Shown piece by piece: positions 1 to 10,154 of a stretch of 64,000 bases of DNA. Source of the DNA: a bacterium (GTDB taxonomy: Bacteria > JAMCPX01); assembly GCA_021787665.1 (NCBI GenBank), contig JAJYLN010000006.1:7912-71911 (forward strand), read 5' to 3'. Positions within the stretch are counted from its first letter, which is position 1. Each line of letters begins with the position of its first letter. Position numbers and translations under genes: made by a program. Below the pieces are notes generated by a model. That model searched no databases. It had not been told where the DNA came from and was given only the letters and a program-made list of their open reading frames with translations.

Positions 1-2
1 GG

Positions 3-737
3 GACGTCGGCGAGTGGATCACGAGGAACGCGGGGCTGAAGCGGGTGGTCATGGAGCTCGGCTCGAACTCCGCGGTAGTGGTGTGCGGAGACGCGGTGCC
101 GACGGGCATCGTAAAAAGGGTCGCCATGGGTGGCTACTCCCAGGCAGGGCAGGTCTGCATATCCGTGCAGAGGGTCTATGTGCACGAGAGCATATTCGAC
201 ACATTCGTCGACCTGCTGGGACAGCAGGTCAGGTCCCTCAAAACGGGCGATCCGCTCGACGAGTCCACGGACGTGGGCCCGCTCATAGCCGGCAAGGAAG
301 TGGAGCGGGTGAGGTCATGGATAGACGAGGCGGTCAGCAACGGCGCAGAGCTGGTCTGCGGCGGCACCGTCAGGGGCAACGTGATGGCCCCGGCCGTGCT
401 CGCCGACGCACGGGAGACGGACAGGGTCGTAAGGGACGAGCTGTTCGGCCCGGTCATCGTCGTGAACAGGTTCAGGGACGATGCCCAGGCGATAAAGATG
501 GTAAACGACTCGAGGTACGGCCTGCAGGCGGGTGTCTATACCAACGATGTCGGCCGCGCCTTTAAGTACGCGAGGGAGCTCGACGTGGGCGGGGTACTGA
601 TCAACGAGATCCCGAACTTCCGGGTAGACCACATGCCGTACGGCGGCGTCAAAGAGTCAGGCATCGGCAGGGAGGGCCCGCGCTTCGCCGTGGAAGAGAT
701 GACCGAGATCAAGCTCGTCGTGTTCCACCTGGATTGA
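3..737 (+). CDS. Aldehyde dehydrogenase family protein, C-terminal part (runs off window start)
   Basis: Open frame from position 3. Motifs MELG (Glu), GQVCIS (catalytic Cys), DELFGP and MPYGGVKESGIGREG. Confidence 0.92.
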   Translation, partial: DVGEWITRNAGLKRVVMELGSNSAVVVCGDAVPTGIVKRVAMGGYSQAGQVCISVQRVYVHESIFDTFVDLLGQQVRSLKTGDPLDESTDVGPLIAGKEVERVRSWIDEAVSNGAELVCGGTVRGNVMAPAVLADARETDRVVRDELFGPVIVVNRFRDDAQAIKMVNDSRYGLQAGVYTNDVGRAFKYARELDVGGVLINEIPNFRVDHMPYGGVKESGIGREGPRFAVEEMTEIKLVVFHLD

Positions 738-795
738 CCCCTGAGTTTCCCCTTAGTACGTTTTTCTTGGGGGAATTGTTCGGGGCTCATGGCTA
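730..795. repeat. Imperfect inverted repeat, possibly an IS3/IS2-like end relic
   Basis: TGGATTGACCCCTGAGTTTCCCC (730-752) versus the reverse complement of 769-795, TAGCCATGAGCCCCGAACAATTCCCCC. The ALDH stop codon lies inside the left arm. Confidence 0.3.
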
Positions 796-885
796 CCCCC
801 ATGTACCTGACGCCGACGATGTTCTTTTCGTTGAAGCAGCCCTATCCAGAAATGGGCTGCAGGAGAGAGGGAGTTGAAAGAGATG

Positions 886-1388
886 TCAAATGTCAAAGGG
901 TACGCCAGAAACGGTATCACCCCGTCCCAGTTCCGCCGCCACAGATCCCCGATCGTCGGCTACTTGCTGTCCCAGACTGCACAAAATGCCTTCAGGCTTT
1001 CTTGTGCTGCTTCCGCAGTCGGCGGCACTATAGATTGGCTTGAGGGCTTCTACGACCGCTTTGCGGTCCTTCCAGGACACATATTTCAGCGAATTCCGGC
1101 TCCTATGCACGATACACAACTGTACCTGCGTTGGGGGATAAACACCCGCTATTGTCTCGCTGAATCCCTTTAAACCATCCACGCAGATGATAAAGATATC
1201 TTCCACCCCGCGGTTCTTCAGTTCCGTCAATATCATGGCCCAGAATTTGGCCCCCTCCGTCTGGGCTATCCACATCCCCAGGACGTCCTTCTGCCCATCC
1301 AGTCCGACGCCCCGTTCCTCCGGGGATACCATGCTGGAGTGACAGCAATATGTCAGTGATCAAATTACACTCTATTTTGGTTTGTCTC
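886..1388 (-). mobile_element. IS256-family remnant: internal transposase fragment with frameshift and stop, plus one terminal repeat
   Basis: GLDGQKDVLGMWI...GAKFW...LKNRGVEDIFIICVDGLKGF...QLCIVH...RNSLKYVSWKD. After KPIYSAA the homology continues in another frame (TAEAAQESLKAFCAVWDSK*PTIGDLWRRNW...FLAYP). The end at 1388 reads GAGAC...GTGTAA, with GTGTAA at positions 19-24 as I recall for IS256 ends. Confidence 0.88.
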
Positions 1389-1688
1389 ATCGTACCCTGT
1401 TGTACAGGACGGATTATTTTAATAGCGGTTTAACGCAGTACAACCTTCAATGCATAGGTGAACTTAACCCACGGTATCCTCTATGTAATGGCTCATGCCG
1501 CGCATTCTTCACCCTTCGTTCGGCCTTCTGATAGGCAAGATCGCGGACTCCAAGAAAAATGATAAAGGCAGTAGGCTGGTGTACCTCGATAAGATGGCAC
1601 CGTCTATAGGCAATAGTACGACGATTGAGGTCATAAGCATAGACAACCTTGTGCATTACAGATGCCGTTTGAGGAGTGAGGGGAAAGG

Positions 1689-1717
1689 TTGACTTGCCGT
1701 GAATGCGCATCTACCAT
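1689..1717 (+). promoter_or_regulatory. Sigma70-type promoter of kdsB-pyrG (leaderless-type)
   Basis: TTGACT (1689-1694), 17 bp, TACCAT (1712-1717); in-frame ATG at 1725 with no SD. Confidence 0.6.
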
Positions 1718-1724
1718 GAGGTCC

Positions 1725-2474
1725 ATGGATGATGTGACTGTTATTATACCTGCGCGGTACAACTCAAAGCGGCTGCCAGGAAAGCCCCTCTTAAAGCTCG
1801 GAGACAGGACGATCATCCAACACGTCTATGAGAACGCCGCAGCATCAAGGCTCGTCAGCAGAGTCGTCGTCGCGACCGATGACAGACGCATCTACGACAC
1901 AGTCAGAGACTTCGGCGGTGATTGTATCATGACGCCGAAAGGCATAAGCAGCGGAACCGACAGGGTGGCCTATGCCGCAAAAGATATACGCACAAAGCTG
2001 ATAATGAACCTTCAGGGAGACGAGCCCTTCCTCACCCCCGCTATCTTCGATACAGGTCTGCGTACTGCCCTGGCAGACCGACGTGGGAGCGATGTGGTAA
2101 CACTCGCCTCGAAGATAAGGACGGCCAGGGAGCTCGAGAACCCAAACCATGTTAAAGTCGTCATGGACAGGCAGGGACACGCCCTCTACTTTTCGCGCTT
2201 CCCCATACCGTTTGTAAGGGACAATAAGGGAAAACTTGTCAAAACAGTAAAAAACCACTACAGACATATCGGTATATACATTTTCCGACGTAAGGTACTG
2301 CTCGGATTCATAAAGCTGGCGCCGTCACTGCTCGAGAGGATGGAGCGCCTCGAACAGTTGCGAATGTTGGAAAACGGCTACAGGATAACGGTCGTCGTTA
2401 CCGGAAACCCGCCCGCCGGGATCGACACCCCGAATGATATGGAAAGGGCGAGGGGAATCGTAGCGGGTAGATAA
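1725..2474 (+). CDS. kdsB: 3-deoxy-manno-octulosonate cytidylyltransferase (CMP-Kdo synthetase)
   Basis: [38 protein letters not shown] and LEQLR motifs. Start placed at ATG 1725. Confidence 0.95.
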   Translation: MDDVTVIIPARYNSKRLPGKPLLKLGDRTIIQHVYENAAASRLVSRVVVATDDRRIYDTVRDFGGDCIMTPKGISSGTDRVAYAAKDIRTKLIMNLQGDEPFLTPAIFDTGLRTALADRRGSDVVTLASKIRTARELENPNHVKVVMDRQGHALYFSRFPIPFVRDNKGKLVKTVKNHYRHIGIYIFRRKVLLGFIKLAPSLLERMERLEQLRMLENGYRITVVVTGNPPAGIDTPNDMERARGIVAGR

Positions 2475-2484
2475 GGAAGGAATC

Positions 2485-4089
2485 ATGAAATCGAAATTCA
2501 TATTCGTGACAGGTGGGGTTGTTTCCTCGCTCGGTAAGGGCATAGCGTCGTCTTCCATAGCGGCACTGCTGCAGGCCAGAGGCCTTAACGTAACGATCCA
2601 GAAACTCGACCCGTACATCAACGTCGATCCCGGGACTATGAACCCCTACCAGCACGGCGAGGTGTTCGTAACCGACGACGGCGCAGAGACGGACCTCGAC
2701 CTCGGCCATTACGAGCGGTTCACGAACATCAACATAACGCACTCGAACAATGTGACCGCAGGCCAGGTATACGACACCGTCATAAACAAGGAGCGGAAAG
2801 GGGAATATCTGGGCGGTACCGTGCAGGTCATCCCTCATATAACTGATGAGATTAAGCACCGGATAAGAGAGAATGCCAAGGGCAGGGACATCGCCATCAT
2901 AGAGATCGGAGGGACCGTGGGGGATATCGAGAGTCTTCCGTTCCTCGAGGCCATCAGGCAGATCAAAAAAGACGTCGGTCCGGAGAACGTCCTCTACGTG
3001 CACCTCACACTCGTTCCGTACATAAAAGGATCGGGCGAACTAAAGACAAAGCCGACCCAGCACTCCGTAAAAGAGCTCAGGGCCATCGGCATCCAGCCCG
3101 ATATTCTGCTGTGCAGAACGGACAGACAGATAGACAAAGACCTTAAGGCGAAGATTGCATTGTTCAGCGATGTGGATCAGGCCGCCGTGATAGCAGCCAT
3201 CGACGTCGAGTCTATATACGATGTGCCCATGGTATTCCACGCCGAGGGACTCGACGAGAAGATCATCGAGAAGCTGCACATCTGGACCGGTGCTCCTGAT
3301 CTTTCGAAATGGGAGTCCCTCTCGAAGAAGTCCGCCGGAATAAAGGACCATGTGACGATAGGGGTCGTCGGCAAGTATGTACATCTGAAGGACTCCTACA
3401 AGAGCCTCCATGAAGCGCTGACGCACGGCGGTATTGCAAACAACGTCAGGGTCGACCATAAGTACATAGACTCCGAGGAGATGGAGAAGGAGGGTGCTGC
3501 AAAGTTCCTGAGCGACGTGGACGGCATCCTCGTACCCGGCGGGTTCGGCAACAGAGGTATCGAAGGCAAGGTCCTTGCCGCAAGGTACGCGAGGGAAAGG
3601 AAGATACCGTACTTCGGTATATGTCTCGGCATGCAGATCGCTGTTATCGAGTTCGCTCGCCACGTCCTCAACATAAGAGACGCGAACAGCAGCGAGTTCG
3701 ACCCGGCGACCAAAAACCCCGTAATTGATCTGATGCCGGAACAACAGAGCACTATGCAACTCGGGGCAACGATGAGGCTCGGTGCCTACGAGTGCAGGAT
3801 CAAGCCTGGCACACACGCAGCCAGGGCATACGGCAAAGACACGGTACAGGAGAGGCACCGGCACAGGTACGAGTTTAACAATACCTACCGAAATGATTTT
3901 ATAGCCAAAGGCATGGTCATAAGCGGAGAGTATCCGGCCAAGGAGCTCGTCGAGATCATCGAGCTAAAAAACCACCCGTGGTTCCTTGGCTGCCAGTTCC
4001 ACCCGGAATTCAAGTCAAGGCCTATTGCCCCACACCCGCTGTTCGCACAATTCATAAAGGCTTCTATAAAGAAGAATGCCCGTCACTAA
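2485..4089 (+). CDS. pyrG: CTP synthase
   Basis: [47 protein letters not shown] and QFHPEF; SD AAGGA upstream. Confidence 0.99.
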   Translation: MKSKFIFVTGGVVSSLGKGIASSSIAALLQARGLNVTIQKLDPYINVDPGTMNPYQHGEVFVTDDGAETDLDLGHYERFTNINITHSNNVTAGQVYDTVINKERKGEYLGGTVQVIPHITDEIKHRIRENAKGRDIAIIEIGGTVGDIESLPFLEAIRQIKKDVGPENVLYVHLTLVPYIKGSGELKTKPTQHSVKELRAIGIQPDILLCRTDRQIDKDLKAKIALFSDVDQAAVIAAIDVESIYDVPMVFHAEGLDEKIIEKLHIWTGAPDLSKWESLSKKSAGIKDHVTIGVVGKYVHLKDSYKSLHEALTHGGIANNVRVDHKYIDSEEMEKEGAAKFLSDVDGILVPGGFGNRGIEGKVLAARYARERKIPYFGICLGMQIAVIEFARHVLNIRDANSSEFDPATKNPVIDLMPEQQSTMQLGATMRLGAYECRIKPGTHAARAYGKDTVQERHRHRYEFNNTYRNDFIAKGMVISGEYPAKELVEIIELKNHPWFLGCQFHPEFKSRPIAPHPLFAQFIKASIKKNARH

Positions 4090-4145
4090 AGGCCCCGCGC
4101 TCCTTACCCGTTCACTTTTGATAACTATGCGTTATGTTATACAGT

Positions 4146-5069
4146 ATGGATCCTAGTATCTTACTCAAAAACGGGATAGCTGTCTTTCCCGATTTCATCG
4201 ATATTGATCTGGGGATGAAACCGTACTTCGATGGGCTCTTGACACTCCAGGCTCCCCTGGCATCCGAGTACACCTTTACCAATATCTTTATATGGAGACA
4301 CCTGTACAGATTCAGGGCATGTTCCCTGGATGGGGCACTCTGCATCAAGGGCGTCGATCGCAGCGGCGTTGAGTTCCTCATGATCGTGGCGAAGGACACC
4401 GGCGCGTATGTCGATACGGTCCAACGGATCTCAGATAGGTACAGAAGGGAAAGCGGCACGGTGAGGCTTTTCAGGGTCGAAGAACGGTTCGTAGAGCCAT
4501 TGAAACGCACCTTCCCCGCCATGACCACTGAGGATGATAGGGACAACTCTGACTATGTCTACCTGTCATCAGACCTCATAGACCTTAAAGGGAGAAAGTA
4601 CGACGGCAAGCGTAACCACATCAAGCGTTTCAGGGAACGATACACCTACGACTATGCGCCTATCACGGACGCCTTGAGAGACGAGTGCGTGGAGCTCACG
4701 GAGGTATGGCATAAAACAAAGGGCAGCGATGGGATCGAAGCGGACATCACGGCGACCAGAGAGGCCATTACAAACTTTGGCCCCTTGGGACTGACCGGCG
4801 GCGTGATACGCATAGACGGGAAGGTGCGTGCGTTTTCGATAGCCGAGCGTTTGAACGCAGAAACAGCAGTGATACATATAGAAAAATACGACCCTTCATA
4901 CGAGGGCCTTGCGCAGGTGATGAACCAGCAGTTGTGTTCACAAGCATGCAGCGCATTCAAGTATATCAACCGTGAACAGGACATGGGCATCCAGGGCCTG
5001 CGAAGATCCAAGCTGTCGTACAATCCCGCATTTCTGCTCAACAAGTACAAAATAATAATCGGCCCATAA
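4146..5069 (+). CDS. DUF2156 / phosphatidylglycerol lysyltransferase C-terminal-like (GNAT-fold) protein
   Basis: SEYTFTNIFIW, DYVYL..DL..LKGRKYDGKRNHI, IHIEK, YINREQDMGIQGLRRSKLSYNP. Confidence 0.85.
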   Translation: MDPSILLKNGIAVFPDFIDIDLGMKPYFDGLLTLQAPLASEYTFTNIFIWRHLYRFRACSLDGALCIKGVDRSGVEFLMIVAKDTGAYVDTVQRISDRYRRESGTVRLFRVEERFVEPLKRTFPAMTTEDDRDNSDYVYLSSDLIDLKGRKYDGKRNHIKRFRERYTYDYAPITDALRDECVELTEVWHKTKGSDGIEADITATREAITNFGPLGLTGGVIRIDGKVRAFSIAERLNAETAVIHIEKYDPSYEGLAQVMNQQLCSQACSAFKYINREQDMGIQGLRRSKLSYNPAFLLNKYKIIIGP

Positions 5070-5090
5070 TGGGATTCTTCTCACTTTGAT

Positions 5091-5120
5091 TTGACAACAC
5101 GGCGGGTGAGGATACATAGT
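5091..5120 (+). promoter_or_regulatory. Probable sigma70 promoter of cstA
   Basis: TTGACA at 5091-5096, CATAGT at 5115-5120, SD AAGGAG ahead of ATG 5155. Confidence 0.45.
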
Positions 5121-5154
5121 ACGGACATGACACTACGAAAGGAGAGTCGACACC

Positions 5155-6999
5155 ATGAACTCAGTGTACCTCCTGCTCGCCGGACTCGGGGTGTTCGCGC
5201 TCGGCTACAGGTACTACTCCGCATTCATTGCCGCCAAGGTACTGAGCCTCGATGAGGCAAGAAAAACACCTGCCCATACGAGAAGTGACGGCAGGGACTA
5301 TGTACCGACAAACAGATTTGTCCTGTTCGGTCATCACTTCGCAGCGATTGCCGGCGCCGGACCGCTCATAGGTCCGGTACTCGCCGCACAGTTCGGTTTC
5401 CTGCCAGGAGCAATCTGGATCATCTTCGGTGCCGTGTTCGCGGGCGCTGTCCACGATATGGTCATCCTCTTCGCATCGGTGCGCAACGGCGGAGAAGCGC
5501 TGCACAACATAGCGCGGAGGTATATGGGCAGGCTCAGCGGCATAACGACCGCACTTGCTACACTCTTTATCATCGTCACCGCCCTTGCAGGTCTTGCCAT
5601 AGCCGTCGTGAACTCCATGAACGAGAGTTCGTGGGGCACCTTCACGATCGGCTTCACTATACCGGTCGCGCTGTTTGTGGGATGGTACCTGAAGGGACCG
5701 AGGTCTGAGAAGATCATCGGGGCCAGCGTCATCGGCGTCGTGCTCGTCCTTCTCGGCGTGGTCTTCGGCAGGGTCATCCAGCAATCGGCCCTTTCGCCGT
5801 GGCTCATGTTCTCAAAACACCAGCTCTCGATCATGCTCGCCGTATACGGGTTCGCGGCGTCCGTGTTACCGGTATGGCTCTTGCTTGCGCCGAGGGACTA
5901 CCTGAGCACGTACATGAAGCTCGGGACAATCTTCCTGCTCGCCATAGGCATATTCATTGCACACCCCTACCTCCAGATGCCCGCGGTGACCCAATTCGTA
6001 CACGGCGGCGGGCCTATAATACCCGGCAAGGTATGGCCGTACGTGTTCATTACTATCGCGTGTGGCGCTATCTCGGGTTTTCATTCTCTTATAAGCTCCG
6101 GCACGACACCGAAGATGCTCTCGAACGAGAGGGACATCCGGTTTATAGGCTACGGTGCCATGGTCACGGAAGGGTTCGTTGCCCTGATGGCGCTGATAGC
6201 CGCGAGTGTCCTGCCCCCGGGCGACTACTTCGCGATCAATACCGCGCACGCAGTGTTCGCAAAGCTGGGGATGTCCACGGTGCATATGGATGCGCTCTCG
6301 AAGCTGGTAGGCGAACACATCGCCGGCAGGCCTGGTGGCGCTGTCTCGCTGGCGGTCGGCATGGCTTACATCTTCGGCAATATACCGGGGCTCAAGACGC
6401 TCATGTCATACTGGTATCACTTTGCTATCATGTTTGAGGCCCTGTTCATACTCACGACTATCGATGCGGGCACAAGGGTCGGCAGGTATATACTACAGGA
6501 ATCCGTCGGTACCTTTATACCGAAGCTCAAGGATCTCTCGTGGTGGCCGGGCGTAATCCTGACGAGTGCGATGATATCCATCGCCTGGGGATACCTGCTG
6601 TACTTCGGCAGTATTGGCACGATCTGGCCCATGTTCGGTGTTGCGAACCAGCTCCTCGCTGTCATTGCCCTGACCATTGGTACGACCTTCCTGTTGAGCC
6701 ATTCTCCCAAGAGGGCGTACGGCCTGATAACCTTCATTCCGTTCGTCTTCATGCTCGTCGTCACGTTCACGGCCGGGGTTGAGAACATAGGAAACATCTA
6801 CCTGCCGCAGGCCACGACAACGGCGTACGTGAATATGGTTCTCACAACGGCCATGCTCGTCCTCGTGTTTCTTATCGCGGCCGATGGCATAAGAAAGTGG
6901 ATCGCCATACTTTCGGGCAGAGGCACACCCATTACCCCGGGTGCGACGACTGACAGGGTGCCCGATGACGTCAGACGCTCGGTAGATAACCTGGATTAG
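5155..6999 (+). CDS. cstA: Carbon starvation protein A family peptide/pyruvate transporter
   Basis: LFGHHFAAIAGAGPLIGPVLAAQFG, LAPRDYLSTYMK, IACGAISGFH, MFEALFILTTIDAGTR, IWPMFGVANQLLA. Confidence 0.95.
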   Translation: MNSVYLLLAGLGVFALGYRYYSAFIAAKVLSLDEARKTPAHTRSDGRDYVPTNRFVLFGHHFAAIAGAGPLIGPVLAAQFGFLPGAIWIIFGAVFAGAVHDMVILFASVRNGGEALHNIARRYMGRLSGITTALATLFIIVTALAGLAIAVVNSMNESSWGTFTIGFTIPVALFVGWYLKGPRSEKIIGASVIGVVLVLLGVVFGRVIQQSALSPWLMFSKHQLSIMLAVYGFAASVLPVWLLLAPRDYLSTYMKLGTIFLLAIGIFIAHPYLQMPAVTQFVHGGGPIIPGKVWPYVFITIACGAISGFHSLISSGTTPKMLSNERDIRFIGYGAMVTEGFVALMALIAASVLPPGDYFAINTAHAVFAKLGMSTVHMDALSKLVGEHIAGRPGGAVSLAVGMAYIFGNIPGLKTLMSYWYHFAIMFEALFILTTIDAGTRVGRYILQESVGTFIPKLKDLSWWPGVILTSAMISIAWGYLLYFGSIGTIWPMFGVANQLLAVIALTIGTTFLLSHSPKRAYGLITFIPFVFMLVVTFTAGVENIGNIYLPQATTTAYVNMVLTTAMLVLVFLIAADGIRKWIAILSGRGTPITPGATTDRVPDDVRRSVDNLD

Positions 7000-7131
7000 G
7001 CACTCCTGTCTCAGCATATGGACCTGTCAAAGGTACCCTTGATAGCCCAACTTCCCCTTTCCCCAAAAGGGACAACCATCGATTCATAGTGCAGACATAG
7101 TAGAATCGGGGATCGCTCACAGCCGTGTCAC

Positions 7132-7149
7132 TTATTTGTTGACAAATAA
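7132..7149 (+). promoter_or_regulatory. Palindromic operator overlapping a TTGACA -35 box; likely TetR autoregulatory site
   Basis: TTATTTGT-TG-ACAAATAA perfect 8-2-8 inverted repeat, with TTGACA at 7139-7144, immediately upstream of a TetR gene. Confidence 0.7.
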
Positions 7150-7176
7150 ATCAAAATACCTTAAACAGACTCCATC

Positions 7177-7803
7177 ATGAGCAGGAATCATAGAAAAAAA
7201 GAGAAAGTGGACAGGATGAAAGAGCAGATCATCATGGCCGCGATAAAGGTCTATGCCGCAAAGGGCATGCAGGGCATACGCATAGCGGACATCGCAAAGG
7301 AGGCGAAGGTCTCATACGGACTCGTGTATCACTACTTCAAAAACAAGGAGGATGTCCTAAATGCTATATTTTCCAAGAGCATCAACATCTTCCTGAAAGC
7401 GATAGAGAATACGTCCGTGCAGGAGAAGAGCCTGAGGGAGAAACTGACCTCGATAACAACGTTCTTGTTCAACGCGTGCCGCGAGCTGCCCGAGTTCATG
7501 TACGTCATTATGTTCGAGGTCATCTGGACGCCCAAGTTCCTCGAGACAAGGAACTTTATTACCTTTACCAAGGCGTTCACCACGTTCGAGAAGATCCTGA
7601 TCGAGTTCAAGCAAAAGGGAGAACTCAGGAGCGATATCAATACGACGATAAGCACGTACATGTTTTTCGGGGGACTCGAAATGATCCTTACCGGCATCGT
7701 CCTCAAGGCGATACCCGTGGAAAAGCAGGAGGTGTTCCAGAAGCTTTCGAGCACTTTCATCAGTCAGTACATTTACGGGTTGACCGTAATGCAAGAGGCA
7801 TAA
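7177..7803 (+). CDS. TetR/AcrR family transcriptional regulator
   Basis: N-terminal HTH: IADIAKEAKVSYGLVYHYFKNKEDVL. Confidence 0.92.
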   Translation: MSRNHRKKEKVDRMKEQIIMAAIKVYAAKGMQGIRIADIAKEAKVSYGLVYHYFKNKEDVLNAIFSKSINIFLKAIENTSVQEKSLREKLTSITTFLFNACRELPEFMYVIMFEVIWTPKFLETRNFITFTKAFTTFEKILIEFKQKGELRSDINTTISTYMFFGGLEMILTGIVLKAIPVEKQEVFQKLSSTFISQYIYGLTVMQEA

Positions 7804-7825
7804 AAATCGAATAGGGAGGTTTGCG

Positions 7826-8983
7826 ATGGAGTTTAGTATTCCCAAGGAGAGTCTTGACTTTAAGGAAAGCGTTTACCGGTTCGCCTTGCGCGATATAGCG
7901 CCGGAGGTCCAGAAACCTGAGTACGACGAGAGGGAGGAGTTTGTCGTGGCGAGCTGGAGGAAGATGGCAGACTTCGGTCTCCTCGGCCTCCCGTACCCTG
8001 AGGAGTACGGCGGATCAGGAGCGAGCGTCCTGACCACTACACTGGCAGGAGAGGCACTCGGACACGCTGGTGTCGATGCCGGCCTCATGCTTTCATGGGG
8101 GGCACACATGATCCTGTGCGGCGTGCCGATCTGGCAGATGGGGACGGAGTCACAGAAGAAGAAGTACCTCCCGAAGCTTGCATCCGGGGAGTGGATAGGA
8201 GGCCTTGGGCTCACCGAGCCGAACGCCGGCTCTGACGCGGCCGGTATACAGACGACGGCGGTAAAAAAAGGCGATCGGTATATCCTGAACGGAGCCAAGA
8301 TGTTTATAACCAACGGACCGATCGGCAATGTGTTCGTCGTCGCCGCTGTTACCGATAAATCGAAGAAGGCCTTCGGGATAAGCGCCTTCATCGTGGAAAA
8401 GGGGATGAAGGGTTTCTCGCCGGGCAAGAAGCTCTCCAAGCTCGGCGTCAGGACATCGCCGACTTCTGAGCTTATATTCGAGGACTGCGAGGTACCTGAA
8501 GAGAACCTGCTCGGCGAGCCCGACCTTGGCTTTGTGAACGTTATCAAGCTCACCCTGGAATGGGAGAGGAGCTGTCTGGTTGCCCCGGCCATAGGCGGTC
8601 TCGAACTGGGTCTGCAGAAGGCCATCGAATACGCAAAGCAGAGGAAGCAGTTCGGAAAGCCCATTATAAAGTTCCAGGCGGTCAGGCACAAGATAGCGAA
8701 CCTCAAGATGAACCTCGAGGCGGTCAGGCAGATCGTCTATAAGGTCGCATGGCTGAAGGACAAGGACATACCCGCGATGATGGAAGCATCCGCGGCAAAG
8801 CTGTTCGTATCTGAGATGGCGGAGAAGATGTCGTCCGAGGTACTGCAAATATTCGGTGGGTACGGGTTCATAAAAGAGTATCTTGTGGAGAGAGGATACA
8901 GGGATTCCCGGCTTGCCTCGATAGGCGGTGGAACGTCGGAGATACAGCGCGGCATCATTGCACGCTCCATCATAAATTTTTAG
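7826..8983 (+). CDS. Acyl-CoA dehydrogenase (IVD/LCAD-like catalytic Glu placement)
   Basis: LGLTEPNAGSDA, LNGAKMFITNG, LEWER, RKQFGKPI, IFGGYGF, IGGGTSEIQR. Confidence 0.93.
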   Translation: MEFSIPKESLDFKESVYRFALRDIAPEVQKPEYDEREEFVVASWRKMADFGLLGLPYPEEYGGSGASVLTTTLAGEALGHAGVDAGLMLSWGAHMILCGVPIWQMGTESQKKKYLPKLASGEWIGGLGLTEPNAGSDAAGIQTTAVKKGDRYILNGAKMFITNGPIGNVFVVAAVTDKSKKAFGISAFIVEKGMKGFSPGKKLSKLGVRTSPTSELIFEDCEVPEENLLGEPDLGFVNVIKLTLEWERSCLVAPAIGGLELGLQKAIEYAKQRKQFGKPIIKFQAVRHKIANLKMNLEAVRQIVYKVAWLKDKDIPAMMEASAAKLFVSEMAEKMSSEVLQIFGGYGFIKEYLVERGYRDSRLASIGGGTSEIQRGIIARSIINF

Positions 8984-8993
8984 GAGGAGAGAC

Positions 8994-10142
8994 ATGGATT
9001 TCGAACTCACGGAAGATCAAAAAAAGCAGAAAGAATCGTTTGCCGAGCTCTGTTTAAAAGAGATCGCACCCAAAGCGGAGTTTACCGACAGAGAAGCCGT
9101 ATTCCCGAAAGAAAGCATCCGTCTTCTCGGTAAGGTCGGGTTCCTCGGGATGGGCTTCCCTGAGGAATACGGAGGCTCAAAGGGCGACCCCATCATCAAA
9201 TCAGTGCTCGGCGAGGAACTCGCAAAGGCATGCGCATCGACCTACCTGTCTGCGGGCGCCTCGTCAGGACTGTTCGGCATACCCCTCTTGAGGTTCGGTA
9301 CGGAGGAACAGAAGAAAAGATACCTGCCGGGCGTTCTGTCCGGCGAGAAAATAGGGGCTTTCGCCATAACTGAGCCACAGGGCGGGTCGGACGTGCTCGG
9401 CATGAAGACGAACGCCCAGAAACGCGGCAGCACCTGGGTCATCAATGGCTCGAAGACACTCATAACCAATGGGCCCGTGGCGGATTATTATGTCGTTGCC
9501 GCTTACACAGACAAGGGGAAAAAGAGTGACGGTATCAGTCTGTTCATCGTCGAAAAGGGCACAAAAGGATTTTCTCAGGGAAAGTCCTTCGACAAGCTCG
9601 GTGTAAGGGGCTCACCGACTTCCGATCTATCCTTCGAAGACTGCGAAGTCCCGGAGAAAAATCTGATCGGAGAAATCAATAAGGGCTTCGTTCAGCTCGC
9701 GCAGATACTCTCGCATGGCAGGATTGGTATGGCGGTCTACAGCCTCGGCATCGCCCAGGCATGCCTCGAGGAGTCTATATCCTACGTTCAGGAAAGGACA
9801 GCGTTCGGAAAAAAGCTCGCTTATTTTCAGGACGTACACTTCAAGATCGCAGATATGAAGATGTACATAGACGTGGGCAGGGAGCTCATCTACAAGGCAG
9901 CGTGGATGCTCGATCAGAACGACACGCAGTCTATCCTGTTTGCGTCCATTGCCAAGCTGTTTATGTCGGAACATGCGACCAAGATAGCGAGCGACGCGGT
10001 TCAGATATTTGGGGGATACGGGTTTATTAAGGGCTACAAGGTCGAGAGACTTTACAGAGATTCCAAGCTCGGTGAGATAGGTGAAGGTACCTCGGAGATC
10101 CAGAGAACGATAATAACGAAGCTTATAGAAGACCAGTACTGA
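8994..10142 (+). CDS. Acyl-CoA dehydrogenase (SCAD/MCAD-like catalytic Glu placement)
   Basis: FAITEPQGGSD, INGSKTLITNG, RTAFGKKL, IFGGYGF, IGEGTSEIQR. Confidence 0.93.
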   Translation: MDFELTEDQKKQKESFAELCLKEIAPKAEFTDREAVFPKESIRLLGKVGFLGMGFPEEYGGSKGDPIIKSVLGEELAKACASTYLSAGASSGLFGIPLLRFGTEEQKKRYLPGVLSGEKIGAFAITEPQGGSDVLGMKTNAQKRGSTWVINGSKTLITNGPVADYYVVAAYTDKGKKSDGISLFIVEKGTKGFSQGKSFDKLGVRGSPTSDLSFEDCEVPEKNLIGEINKGFVQLAQILSHGRIGMAVYSLGIAQACLEESISYVQERTAFGKKLAYFQDVHFKIADMKMYIDVGRELIYKAAWMLDQNDTQSILFASIAKLFMSEHATKIASDAVQIFGGYGFIKGYKVERLYRDSKLGEIGEGTSEIQRTIITKLIEDQY

Positions 10143-10154
10143 GCTGTTTGTACA

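Noticed and set aside
14-565. 183-aa Arg/Gly-rich ORF overlapping the ALDH, and similar long alternate-frame or antisense ORFs throughout (e.g. 22649-23671, 31180-32028, 33757-34599, 37516-38466, 43264-44337)
   Set aside because: They are shadows of well-supported genes in GC-rich DNA, with biased composition and no motifs.
1447-1710. ORFs 1495-1692 (+) and 1447-1710 (-) between the IS end and kdsB
   Set aside because: No SD and no recognisable motif; they overlap the kdsB promoter. A vague LSm-like impression could not be supported.
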